A stretch of DNA of 64,000 nt from a virus (lineage: Duplodnaviria; Caudoviricetes): IMG/VR virus record IMGVR_UViG_3300025418_000839, positions 1 to 64,000 of that record. One strand, 5' to 3'. Each line of letters begins with the position of its first letter. Within the stretch, counting starts at the first letter, position 1. Shown here in pieces: positions 8,865 through 17,351 of this stretch. The position numbers and the translations under genes are program-made. The notes under the pieces are model-generated. The model worked only from the letters and a program-made list of their open reading frames with translations, was not told the origin of the DNA and made no database searches.

Positions 8865-9179
8865 TTATTGTCCGTAACTTGAGTCCCATGTTAGGGTAGA
8901 GTCTGCCATATATCTTTCTTGGAATGTTAGATATTCTGCATCTTGTTCAACATCACTGTTGAACGTTATGGTTCTACTGTGCGGGTTATTTCTAGTAATT
9001 GTCACATTACCAGCACTTGCTGCATTTGCCCAGATTGCTCGCTGACGTGTGTGAGCTTGCGTAAAAGTTATAAACTCTTCAGCAGAAAGAGTCTCCTGTG
9101 CCCACGTATCTATACTTATCGGGGTCGAAACTCCGTCGATAATTTTTGTTGGGTCAGTAAATGTAGCGGTTATTGCCAT
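8865..9179 (-). CDS. Hypothetical protein (late-type promoter)
   Basis: AAGGA SD with ATAAATA just upstream. Confidence 0.6.
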   Translation of the reverse strand: MAITATFTDPTKIIDGVSTPISIDTWAQETLSAEEFITFTQAHTRQRAIWANAASAGNVTITRNNPHSRTITFNSDVEQDAEYLTFQERYMADSTLTWDSSYGQ

Positions 9180-9215
9180 AACGTAATCCTTTATGATATA
9201 GTATTATTTATCATA

Positions 9216-9239
9216 CTAAACCCGCCGAAGCGGGTTTAG
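9216..9239. terminator. Hairpin terminator downstream of the tmRNA
   Basis: CTAAACCCGC-CGAA-GCGGGTTTAG. Confidence 0.7.
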
Positions 9240-9484
9240 GTTATTTTCTGTTACGAGGTATAACTACCCTAGGCGCTGTTAGGCTGCCAATGCGAACTGT
9301 TCGTCGTTTGCGTTTACGTTATTTGCTTTTTACGTCTACTCCTGACGTGTTGCCTTTGTCGCTATCTCACCATGTCGAAACCAAATACGGGCCCACCGAA
9401 ATATACTACACAATACACTTCGGTGGACCCGCCGGGGGTCGAACCCGGGTCCACAATGCCTTTGCTAGAAAGGAATTACAACAA
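9240..9484 (-). ncRNA. ssrA: tmRNA, circularly permuted two-piece gene; tag peptide ANDEQFALAA (9279-9311)
   Basis: On the minus strand the T-arm CCGGG-TTCGACC-CCCGG and 3' acceptor strand CGGGTCC-A (ending 9424) precede the 5' acceptor strand GGGCCCG (9394-9388). They pair with G3:U70. The tag ORF is GCAAACGACGAACAGTTCGCATTGGCAGCCTAA. Outer ends are approximate. Confidence 0.92.
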
Positions 9485-9616
9485 TTACTTGACTGCTTCT
9501 GTGTGCTTGTGCTTCAAGCTCTTCTTTAGCAGTTTAAACCAAAATTTCTTAACTTTATCAAGGTTATGCTCGATTTCGGCCTTGTAAAGTTTACGAACTA
9601 ATTTTTCAACTTTCAT
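9485..9616 (-). CDS. 43-aa Lys-rich protein upstream of the tmRNA
   Basis: AAGGAGG SD; manual translation MKVEKLVRKLYKAEIEHNLDKVKKFWFKLLKKSLKHKHTEAVK. Confidence 0.6.
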   Translation of the reverse strand: MKVEKLVRKLYKAEIEHNLDKVKKFWFKLLKKSLKHKHTEAVK

Positions 9617-9647
9617 ACAGCCTCCTTAAAAGTTAATTATACATTAT

Positions 9648-10451
9648 TTATTGAATTTGGTCAACGGTATTTGCGTGTTTTGGACGAGTAACAAACTTTT
9701 GTCGAACTGATTCAAATAATTCATATTCTTCTGGAGTGATAACCGCCGAATCAATTTCTTTGCGAACAGCCTGATGAAATTCAAATAGTTGCTGGATGTC
9801 TGCTTCGTACTTAAAGTATTTGGTAATGTGTTTAGTATCATAAGCATCCATAATTAAATGAAATCTATCTTCATTTGAATCATTGCGTATTTGATGCCAA
9901 TCATTGACCCATACCATATACGCATTTCCCGGTTCCATATATAGGTCGGTTCCGTGCATAATAAATTTGCACTTTTCGTTAGTTATCAAAGGTATATGAA
10001 GTCTGGCCATATATTCGTGATCGCCAGAGTCTTTGTGTACTAAACTCTTTGCGCCAGCTTTTAAACAGGTTACACGAGCACGTCTCGGTGTTAGGCCAAA
10101 TGCTTCTATTTGATCAATGACTTTTGCGAACTCGCCAACACAGGCCTGAGTTGGTTTATCATGTTCGGTACTCATAGCAATACCAAAAAACTTTAGTGTT
10201 TTATAGTTATTAGCGTTCTTAGGAAAAAATATTTCTAATTCTTTGCCTTCATCGTTTTGAAAATAATCCCAACCGTCACGCCAATCGCCAGTACGAGAAG
10301 TAACGGACCAACCACCAAAGCCATGGTATGCAGGTGTTTCGTATTCTTCGCCTTGAATAACCTGTTGTCCCAATGGAAATATATGTTCCTTAAGATCCTG
10401 TACTAACTTACTATGATCGAATGTGACCATATCTAATTTTTCATAAAACAT
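9648..10451 (-). CDS. Aspartyl/asparaginyl beta-hydroxylase-like Fe(II)/2OG oxygenase
   Basis: RARVTCLKAG, HKD, RLHIPLITN, WHQIRN and RFHLIMD. Confidence 0.8.
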   Translation of the reverse strand: MFYEKLDMVTFDHSKLVQDLKEHIFPLGQQVIQGEEYETPAYHGFGGWSVTSRTGDWRDGWDYFQNDEGKELEIFFPKNANNYKTLKFFGIAMSTEHDKPTQACVGEFAKVIDQIEAFGLTPRRARVTCLKAGAKSLVHKDSGDHEYMARLHIPLITNEKCKFIMHGTDLYMEPGNAYMVWVNDWHQIRNDSNEDRFHLIMDAYDTKHITKYFKYEADIQQLFEFHQAVRKEIDSAVITPEEYELFESVRQKFVTRPKHANTVDQIQ

Positions 10452-10983
10452 TTTGAATATCCTTGATCATTTCTTTTACTTCATCAAAACTGTATTTGTT
10501 AGTTGCCAATTGTAACACTTCTCGTACCGGTTTGTCAAAGTCATCGATTGACACTTCGTGTATTACCTTGTTGTCTATTAGATAAATGTCATACGGATCA
10601 GCATTAAATGTTCCCAACAGAGTCAACGATTCTTTAGAGTATATATGCCCTTCTCCGTGATCAGCATACTCAATCCCTCCAATACCCAAGTTGTTGGCAT
10701 ACATGTTGGTAGAATATCCGGCTGGTTGTACGTAGCAATTAAGTCCAGCAGTTTCTACTATGTCAGTGTGCGGCGGTATGTTATCATTTATAACTAATAA
10801 ACTAGAATAAAAATCACCGTGTACTTCCTTGGGTAATAAATTATACAATGTTTCCAATATTGTACTTGCTACATCATAGTATCTAATACCATAGAATTTG
10901 TCTGCTGGTCTGGTAGCAAACTCTATTTGCTTTTTTAAAACAGTTATAAGACCACTAGGTGCTTGACCAACGTACTTAAACAT
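10441..10983 (-). CDS. Putative Fe(II)/2OG-type (cupin/DSBH) oxygenase
   Basis: IPPHTD...YLIDNKVIHEV...R. Paralogous to 10976..11524. Confidence 0.55.
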   Translation of the reverse strand: MFKYVGQAPSGLITVLKKQIEFATRPADKFYGIRYYDVASTILETLYNLLPKEVHGDFYSSLLVINDNIPPHTDIVETAGLNCYVQPAGYSTNMYANNLGIGGIEYADHGEGHIYSKESLTLLGTFNADPYDIYLIDNKVIHEVSIDDFDKPVREVLQLATNKYSFDEVKEMIKDIQNVL

Positions 10984-11524
10984 CTAACAGTCCGTAATCA
11001 TTGAGCATAGCGTAAACTTCTGCATAGGTCATGTCAGTACTGAGATTAAGAACAAATCTAGGATTGTCTGCTGATAATTCATCTACACTATGTATTGCTG
11101 TGGTGTCTAGTAGGTAAACATCGCCTGGATGCGCTATAAACTGCTCTTCGAAGTTTAAGTTAGTTGGCTTCATACTACATGCACACTCGCCGGCAGTAAA
11201 CTTTTCAAAGTTACAACCGTTGCAGTCTTTGGCTAACTCTTTGTAGTCACCAGAATAAAATCTAGTAGTGGCGTTATTTTCTGAAAGATAAATGTTGATC
11301 TTACACTGGATGCCTTGGTCTCTGTGCGGCACAATGCGACCACGCATGGCCAAATGTGTTAGAAAGAATCTCTGCTGATACTCTGGCGGTATAATGATAC
11401 TGCTGTCGAGATCTACATATGAATAGGTGGATAAAGTACCGGCGCAGATATATTGAGTACCAAGTAGTTTAAAGTTTTCATATTTGGCAGGGTCAATTGA
11501 TTTTAAACGAGCATGGTACTTCAT
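10976..11524 (-). CDS. Putative Fe(II)/2OG-type oxygenase
   Basis: IVPHRD...YLLDTTAIHSV...R. Confidence 0.6.
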   Translation of the reverse strand: MKYHARLKSIDPAKYENFKLLGTQYICAGTLSTYSYVDLDSSIIIPPEYQQRFFLTHLAMRGRIVPHRDQGIQCKINIYLSENNATTRFYSGDYKELAKDCNGCNFEKFTAGECACSMKPTNLNFEEQFIAHPGDVYLLDTTAIHSVDELSADNPRFVLNLSTDMTYAEVYAMLNDYGLLDV

Positions 11525-12174
11525 AGTAATCCTTTAATTTTGAGCATAGAATCTACCCAACTTGTTATAACTAATTTATCAGTACTGTCGTCGGTTAGTT
11601 TGTAATTAAAATCAGTAGACAAACTAACACGTAGAGAATTGCTTTTATTTGCCTTAACTCCGTGTAATACATAGGATGGAAAGAAAATTAGGTCTCCAGA
11701 CACGGGCTGTATATGTTTAATTTGAGTCTTGTGTTCTCCCACTAACCCAGTATCTAAATAATAAAGTTCTCCGCCTTCTGCGGGAGTAGTTATATAGTAA
11801 GTAGAGGCTATAGTCGAATCTGGATGTCCGTGAAATTCGATAACTTCGTCAGGTTCTTTTATATTTGGCCAACTCGATAAGGGTGTGAATATGGCCGTAT
11901 GTGTGTCGGGTAGATAGTCGTTTACTGTAAAAGTTATTACATCTACCTTAGTATCTAGTAATTCTTTTAATCGTGGGCTGCTATCAGTATAATCTAATAG
12001 ACTACTACCAACATTTTTATCTATGCCCAGTTTAATGTTGCTGGCTATATTGTACAATTCTACCAACAACTCTTGATTAAAGTTATCGTTAAATTTGGTT
12101 TTGTAAGTCCAAACAGGACTTTCCCATAGTGTTTGTTTTACACTACTTTCGTATATGCCTTTTTCATACGACAT
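11521..12174 (-). CDS. Putative 2OG-Fe(II) oxygenase (TIGR02466-like)
   Basis: HGHP, GDLIFFPSYVLHGV and RVSLS. Confidence 0.8.
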   Translation of the reverse strand: MSYEKGIYESSVKQTLWESPVWTYKTKFNDNFNQELLVELYNIASNIKLGIDKNVGSSLLDYTDSSPRLKELLDTKVDVITFTVNDYLPDTHTAIFTPLSSWPNIKEPDEVIEFHGHPDSTIASTYYITTPAEGGELYYLDTGLVGEHKTQIKHIQPVSGDLIFFPSYVLHGVKANKSNSLRVSLSTDFNYKLTDDSTDKLVITSWVDSMLKIKGLL

Positions 12175-12177
12175 GAT

Positions 12178-12591
12178 TTAGTTGGTGGTTGGGATTATCC
12201 CGTTTTCTTGTTGAAATTTAATCAATGGTGCAAAGTCTAGACCTTGTTTTACAGCCAGGTCTTCTGGGAATGGGCGATTGTTTGCGGTCAACCACTCTTT
12301 GTATTCTGCTACGATCCAGCTAGGTGTATAGTCTATGCCCTCATGATGATCGGCTAAGGCTTCATAAAATTCATTACCGTAGCGTACAAAATTTGTAAAA
12401 GGTGCGCCCTTTAAAAAGAATAGTGTATCCAAAATTGGAGAATGATCAGTAATCATTTTAAAAAATTGATCTTTTTCTTCCGCTGATAGGTTATGTATGA
12501 TTCCGTTTACTTCTGTATCTAAAAAATATTTTATACAGTCGTTATATTGGTCTGGTGTTACTTCTTCAAAAATTTTATTCACGTTAGGCAT
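12178..12591 (-). CDS. Hypothetical protein in the rSAM/oxygenase operon
   Basis: Abuts its neighbours (0-3 nt gaps). No recognisable motif. Confidence 0.6.
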   Translation of the reverse strand: MPNVNKIFEEVTPDQYNDCIKYFLDTEVNGIIHNLSAEEKDQFFKMITDHSPILDTLFFLKGAPFTNFVRYGNEFYEALADHHEGIDYTPSWIVAEYKEWLTANNRPFPEDLAVKQGLDFAPLIKFQQENGIIPTTN

Positions 12592-13581
12592 TTATGCTTC
12601 CTTTAACAATTTTGATTTAACACGGCCGAATAAATTTTTAACATTGAGTATTGCCTTGCCAGTGTAGTAACTGAAATACAATAAAGATAAAATAGTCCAA
12701 GAAGTAAAGAAACCGTGTTTTCTATATTTGCGCGGCACTCTTGGAATACTACCAAAGAATTTACACAAAGGACGACCGATGGACATTAAGATACGACCAT
12801 AGTCGTTGTCTTTGTTTAGAGTACCCATAATATAGGCCATATGCTCTGACCATGGTTGGCCAACACGATATAGTATATCTGTGGCAAATTCTTTTTGTTT
12901 GAGCTTACGTTCTTCTTTGTCTAAAATCCAAGGCATAAAGTCTGGACCATGACCATCCATCCATTGAGTACAAATCTTAGCCCACTTGATGTAGCCACGA
13001 TAAATTGTTTTATCTTTTTTACGTAGAACTCGACCGTATGCTTGGTCTGCTGACCAAACTTCTTGGCTCATCATTCCCATGTCGTAGAATTTAGCACAAA
13101 CAATCTTAGAGCAGTTGCAAGCACAGTTACAGTTGTAGCTTACCAGGCCAGTATTGCAATTATAACTTACTGCACCACCGCAGTTACAATTATATGTACA
13201 GGCACAATTACAGTTGGACTGTAACCACGCTTGACCGTCGCAGTTAGCACAGTTTACATTAGTTGAACAGTTAGCACAGTTCGAACAATCACTAGGACCA
13301 GCAATAACACAATTAGTACACTGAATATTACCACAGTTACAGTTGTTGGTACAGTTGCCATTAGGGCCGCCCGATGGCGAACAGTTGCCGTTGTTACAGT
13401 TGCCTTGGTTGTTATTTTGAAAATAAGTTAAACCATAGAATCCCTGTAGGTGTGGGGTGCCGGGACGTTGCCCTGGCGTGATTAAATTGTTAAGAAAACT
13501 TAGACTAGCGGAATACCCGGGACGTCCAGTTTCTGAAAGAATTTGGCTAACTGATATAGGGCCGGATGATGGTAGTGTCAT
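12592..13581 (-). CDS. Asn/Cys-rich protein, candidate substrate of the rSAM/oxygenase cluster
   Basis: 23 Cys in residues 62-162, 18 of them as NC. The MTLPSSGPISVSQI start resembles phage virion/fibre proteins. C-terminal KIVC...ADxxYG...GYxxWA domain. Confidence 0.75.
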   Translation of the reverse strand: MTLPSSGPISVSQILSETGRPGYSASLSFLNNLITPGQRPGTPHLQGFYGLTYFQNNNQGNCNNGNCSPSGGPNGNCTNNCNCGNIQCTNCVIAGPSDCSNCANCSTNVNCANCDGQAWLQSNCNCACTYNCNCGGAVSYNCNTGLVSYNCNCACNCSKIVCAKFYDMGMMSQEVWSADQAYGRVLRKKDKTIYRGYIKWAKICTQWMDGHGPDFMPWILDKEERKLKQKEFATDILYRVGQPWSEHMAYIMGTLNKDNDYGRILMSIGRPLCKFFGSIPRVPRKYRKHGFFTSWTILSLLYFSYYTGKAILNVKNLFGRVKSKLLKEA

Positions 13582-14300
13582 AGTATAGTATTTATCTTGA
13601 TCAAATTAAGAAACTCTAGTATTTTTATATAGCACCATCCTAGGTCAATTTCAAACCAACGTTTAGCAAAATTTGCACAGGCCGGAAACTCGTGATGATT
13701 ATTGTGCAGTTCTTCACCACAGCCTAGTAGTCCCAAAGGTAAAACATTTGTACTGGTATCGGGCCTATCATAGTTCCTGTAACCAATTTTGTGCCCAAAT
13801 CCAGTGATAGTGGCATTTACAAACAGACTCACGGAAAACATGTGCACCAGCCAGGCCACAATACCTAGCCAGCCAAATAAACCAATGTTTATTGTTAGTA
13901 GTATTAACAGGCCTAATTTTGTATGGCAGTAGACATTCTTTTCTAACCAATTCTCTTTAAAATCACGACTGAAGTGTGCGGTTTCCCAATCGGTATTCCA
14001 ATATTGGTATTCTCTAAAAAAGTTAGGTATTAAACAATGTCCAGTGACCCGCCAAAAACCAGATAATAACGGACTATGCGGATCACCGTGTACATCGGTA
14101 AACATATGATGTATTCGATGTTGGGCAATAAATGGCTTGGGATAGATTCCCTCGGTTATCCAGAACAAAAAACGGAATACATGCTCGACTATAGGATACT
14201 TGATTGTATACTGCCGATGTATCAAGTATCTATGCAGATATATCGATGTTAATACTATACCAAGATGTGCTGTACATATAGTATATACAACAACGTCCAT
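13578..14300 (-). CDS. Membrane fatty-acid desaturase (delta-9 type)
   Basis: His boxes HRYLIH, HRIHH and GEELHNNHH, plus hydrophobic segments. Confidence 0.9.
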   Translation of the reverse strand: MDVVVYTICTAHLGIVLTSIYLHRYLIHRQYTIKYPIVEHVFRFLFWITEGIYPKPFIAQHRIHHMFTDVHGDPHSPLLSGFWRVTGHCLIPNFFREYQYWNTDWETAHFSRDFKENWLEKNVYCHTKLGLLILLTINIGLFGWLGIVAWLVHMFSVSLFVNATITGFGHKIGYRNYDRPDTSTNVLPLGLLGCGEELHNNHHEFPACANFAKRWFEIDLGWCYIKILEFLNLIKINTIL

Positions 14301-15748
14301 TATGCGCTTTCTACGCGGCTTTTCCCATAAACTTCAACATCATCGATGGTACCAATTTTTTCTGCTACCACTTTAATAGGAATAATCTTCTTAACGGCCT
14401 TTTCCTTGTGTTCGTAGATAGTGCCAAAAATATCCTGGCGTTCTAATGGTAGTGCATCATTTTTAATCAGTGTAGGAATATAACCCGTTATTTTTTCTAT
14501 AGCTAGGGCAAAAAGAGCCACATTGTCTGAATAAGCATTGGCACAAGATATTTCCCAAAACTTATTGTCTAAGAACATACAAGCACCCTTACAGACATGC
14601 AACACTGGGCAACTGGGGCATTCTGCACGATTTGACCAATGTGTTGAAGTTTTGATTGCTACATTATCATAGTCATCTAATGTACCGCCTAGGTGACTTT
14701 CACCGTTTTTGCTGGTTTCTACTGCTGAGACGTTTTGACAGGTTATCACATTGCCACGCAGGTCCACAGCGATTGCACGTTGATCATCCATGCCACATTT
14801 TTGTCCTAGGGTATCTGCTTCTTGGTGTGTTAGTACACTTTTAATAAATCCGTCAATCTTACCTAATTGTCCGGTAAATCCAATACGACCTTGGGTTGAA
14901 AAAATATCCGCAAATGCAGTACGTCTAAAATCAAAATGTTCTTCTAGGGTTTGTAGACTGTTGCTCATACCCTCTTCGTCATAAGCATCAACAATAGAAC
15001 CTTCACCTAACTGTATGTCGGGATTTCCTGTTAGTTCTACAAACCAATCATAAATTGCCTTACGGCTTTTATTTTTAGCATGCAACATGGGGTTGAAACT
15101 GATGCCTTTTTTCAATCGACTCATCATGCGATAAAAACCTAATAGTCTTTTCTTTTGGTCTGGATCATCAAACGGATCTGGTCCGCGAACTGACTGCCCA
15201 GGACCGTCATGTGAGATACTAACTGAAAAATTTAGTGCCATTAACCAATCAATCATTTCGTCGGTTAGAATACTACCGTTGGTAATAACAGAAAATAATG
15301 GTTTACGTTTCCAGTCTTTAAATCTTTCTAATAGTGCTTCAGCTAGGGGTTTGAAAGTTTTCCAATAGACAAATGGCTCACCTCCCCAAAACTCTACCTT
15401 AAGTCCATCTTCTTCACTGAACTCTAATACATCCAATTTGGCAAGAAAAGCATCAATATCTTTCTTACTAGTTTCTGGAGCACGCTCTACAAATTTTTGT
15501 GAACAGTAATCACAGGTGTAGTTACAACTCAGTCCAAGTTGAATTTTTAATAGTTGAATGCCGCGGGATTTTTTAAGAGGACGGTCGCGGTCGAAAGGTA
15601 TATAAGGTTCTAGTCCCTCTATCTTGTATGAACCCTTTGGATATTCGTACAAGTTACCTTGTTCGTCTTTGAGTGTATTGGCTTGATTGTCGTAATAAAA
15701 AATACGTTTATCGTCGGTGCTGCGTTCAGCATGAATTTCAAATAGCAT
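14300..15748 (-). CDS. Radical SAM enzyme with SPASM domain (anSME/peptide-maturase type)
   Basis: CNYTCDYC, FWGGEP, ITNG and SISHDG. SPASM cysteines KCG...ITC...CPSCPVLHVCKGAC...SC. Confidence 0.9.
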   Translation of the reverse strand: MLFEIHAERSTDDKRIFYYDNQANTLKDEQGNLYEYPKGSYKIEGLEPYIPFDRDRPLKKSRGIQLLKIQLGLSCNYTCDYCSQKFVERAPETSKKDIDAFLAKLDVLEFSEEDGLKVEFWGGEPFVYWKTFKPLAEALLERFKDWKRKPLFSVITNGSILTDEMIDWLMALNFSVSISHDGPGQSVRGPDPFDDPDQKKRLLGFYRMMSRLKKGISFNPMLHAKNKSRKAIYDWFVELTGNPDIQLGEGSIVDAYDEEGMSNSLQTLEEHFDFRRTAFADIFSTQGRIGFTGQLGKIDGFIKSVLTHQEADTLGQKCGMDDQRAIAVDLRGNVITCQNVSAVETSKNGESHLGGTLDDYDNVAIKTSTHWSNRAECPSCPVLHVCKGACMFLDNKFWEISCANAYSDNVALFALAIEKITGYIPTLIKNDALPLERQDIFGTIYEHKEKAVKKIIPIKVVAEKIGTIDDVEVYGKSRVESA

Positions 15749-15768
15749 CGGGATCCTTGGGATTATTG

Positions 15769-15855
15769 TTATTGATCAGTATCAAGCCAATCTTTGACTG
15801 TGATTATTGCATAGATCAAAAGTGCAGAAAAGATTATAAAGGCTAGATATGTCAT
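15769..15855 (-). CDS. Possible 28-aa membrane peptide
   Basis: Manual translation MTYLAFIIFSALLIYAIITVKDWLDTDQ, between TAAATA and the rSAM gene. No clear SD. Confidence 0.3.
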   Translation of the reverse strand: MTYLAFIIFSALLIYAIITVKDWLDTDQ

Positions 15856-15861
15856 AACAAT

Positions 15862-15902
15862 ATTTATTAATAAGTGCTAACCAGTAACACTTATTAATAA
15901 AT
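15862..15902. repeat. Perfect 15-bp inverted repeat overlapping a TAAATA promoter
   Basis: ATTTATTAATAAGTG-N11-CACTTATTAATAAAT. Confidence 0.8.
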
Positions 15903-15938
15903 GGGGTCTAATACGCTTCCCAGCGAAGCCCCATGTTA

Positions 15939-16265
15939 TTACTCAGCTACAGCTTCTTTAGATTCAGCACGTGCTTTAATAGCTTCGAGGCTTGGCTTAA
16001 CTTTACCAGCTTTAGCTTTAACTACGCCATTGTACTTAGCATCAGCCGCATCAATAGCAGCTTTGTAGTCAGCATTAGCATACAATTCTGTAGACTTCAA
16101 GAAAGTTACTAACTCTGGCTTAGTCATTGCTTTTGGCAACTCAAGCAAATTAATGTCTGAGTTATTTTTAGCCAAAATCTTAATACGAGTCATGTCGTTT
16201 GCGAAACGTACTTTGTATTGACCATTATTTTTAGAAACACCGCCAACTTTAAACAACTTATCCAT
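15939..16265 (-). CDS. Conserved Lys/Ala-rich phage protein
   Basis: GVSKxxGxYKVRFAND motif, strongly biased codons and its own promoter. Confidence 0.7.
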   Translation of the reverse strand: MDKLFKVGGVSKNNGQYKVRFANDMTRIKILAKNNSDINLLELPKAMTKPELVTFLKSTELYANADYKAAIDAADAKYNGVVKAKAGKVKPSLEAIKARAESKEAVAE

Positions 16266-16332
16266 TTTTAATACTCCGTTTTTAAGTTAAAAAATACTAC
16301 AATTTAATACAGACACACTCTGTATATTCCAT

Positions 16333-16361
16333 ATTATAGTTTATTTCGAATTTGCTGTCAA
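16333..16361 (-). promoter_or_regulatory. sigma70-type promoter
   Basis: TTGACA-N17-TATAAT. Confidence 0.8.
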
Positions 16362-16388
16362 CCATAATATGAAATTCCGTTTACCAAA

Positions 16389-16517
16389 TTATTTGGCTAA
16401 TTCTTGGCTTTGGGTTTTGACTGTTTCGACACCCTTGTCCAACATTTTGGCAATACCACTAAAGCCAACGGTTGCAAGGATTAAACCAAAAACAGTACCC
16501 AGAATAAATGATCGCAT
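16389..16517 (-). CDS. Small membrane protein
   Basis: MRSFILGTVFGLILATVGFSGIAKMLDKGVETVK; TAATG coupling. Confidence 0.55.
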   Translation of the reverse strand: MRSFILGTVFGLILATVGFSGIAKMLDKGVETVKTQSQELAK

Positions 16518-16657
16518 TATGCACTCTCCTCTTCAAAAATTCTAACTACATCTTCCATACTAACATAATCTTTCCAATAAATGTAAATATCATTGATAGT
16601 ATGCCCACGGTGAATCATACTTCTAATGTCTGCATCAATTTGACTAAAAGAACCCAT
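16517..16657 (-). CDS. Small hypothetical protein
   Basis: MGSFSQIDADIRSMIHRGH...; TAATG coupling on both sides. Confidence 0.5.
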   Translation of the reverse strand: MGSFSQIDADIRSMIHRGHTINDIYIYWKDYVSMEDVVRIFEEESA

Positions 16658-16935
16658 TATGCACTCTCCAACATATTTGCAGGTACACGATATAAACCAA
16701 CAGGGGTACGGACTACTACATTCTTCCTACCTACCCGTTCAACCACACCGTTATATCGCTGACCGTTGCGGTTGCTTGTAAACTTAACTACACTACCTTT
16801 AACAAATTGTCCAGTATTACGAAGTGCCAATTGATTGCGTGCAAATGTCAAGGCCTGCTGGATAGAATCCAAATCTGCATTGGTCATATGACCCGATACA
16901 ATCGCACCTCGAATATCAACTAAATCCGGAATCAT
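16657..16935 (-). CDS. Hypothetical protein (SH3-like C-terminal half)
   Basis: AAGGAG SD; C-terminal YRVPANML. Confidence 0.65.
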   Translation of the reverse strand: MIPDLVDIRGAIVSGHMTNADLDSIQQALTFARNQLALRNTGQFVKGSVVKFTSNRNGQRYNGVVERVGRKNVVVRTPVGLYRVPANMLESA

Positions 16936-16945
16936 TGTTATCTCC

Positions 16946-17287
16946 TTAGTCTAAACGTGAACCAGCATAAGCGGTAAAACCATACTTTTCAAAAACCTTG
17001 GCAGCTGCTCTGGCACCTTCTTCTAGAGTGTCAATGTTTTGGCAACCATACCCACTTGGGTTCCAAATCTGAAAACCACCAGTGTAACTCTTACGAACAC
17101 CTGCGGCCTTAAGAGCACGTCCTAAACGAGTGTTACCTTTGATGCCAAAAATATCTACCCAAGCAAAACCACATGAGTATTTGTCCTCACCACCCAATTT
17201 TTCTTTAAAAAACTTATCAGCGGCCAAGTAAGCTTCATGTTTAGCTTCGGCAATAATTGTTTGAATTTGTTCTTTAGAGTAGTCCAC
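16946..17287 (-). CDS. Conserved phage early protein
   Basis: GTG start after AGGAG; CGFAWV...AYAGSRLD. Confidence 0.7.
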   Translation of the reverse strand: MDYSKEQIQTIIAEAKHEAYLAADKFFKEKLGGEDKYSCGFAWVDIFGIKGNTRLGRALKAAGVRKSYTGGFQIWNPSGYGCQNIDTLEEGARAAAKVFEKYGFTAYAGSRLD

Positions 17288-17316
17288 GTCAGCTCCTAAT
17301 TAATTACTATACAAGT

Positions 17317-17345
17317 ATTATACTATTTTGGCAATTTTGGGTCAA
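17317..17345 (-). promoter_or_regulatory. Repeated early promoter, copy 2
   Basis: TTGACC-CAAAATTGCCAAAATAG-TATAAT. Confidence 0.85.
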
Positions 17346-17351
17346 CCAAAA

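Noticed and set aside
9394-9451. Apparent tRNA gene (GGTTCGA T-loop, acceptor-like stem)
   Set aside because: There is no anticodon arm, the acceptor halves are in permuted order and a tag ORF follows. It is the tmRNA.
9290-9587. Plus-strand ORFs of 79 and 71 aa
   Set aside because: They are antisense to the tmRNA and a small SD-led gene, and have no SD or protein-like features.
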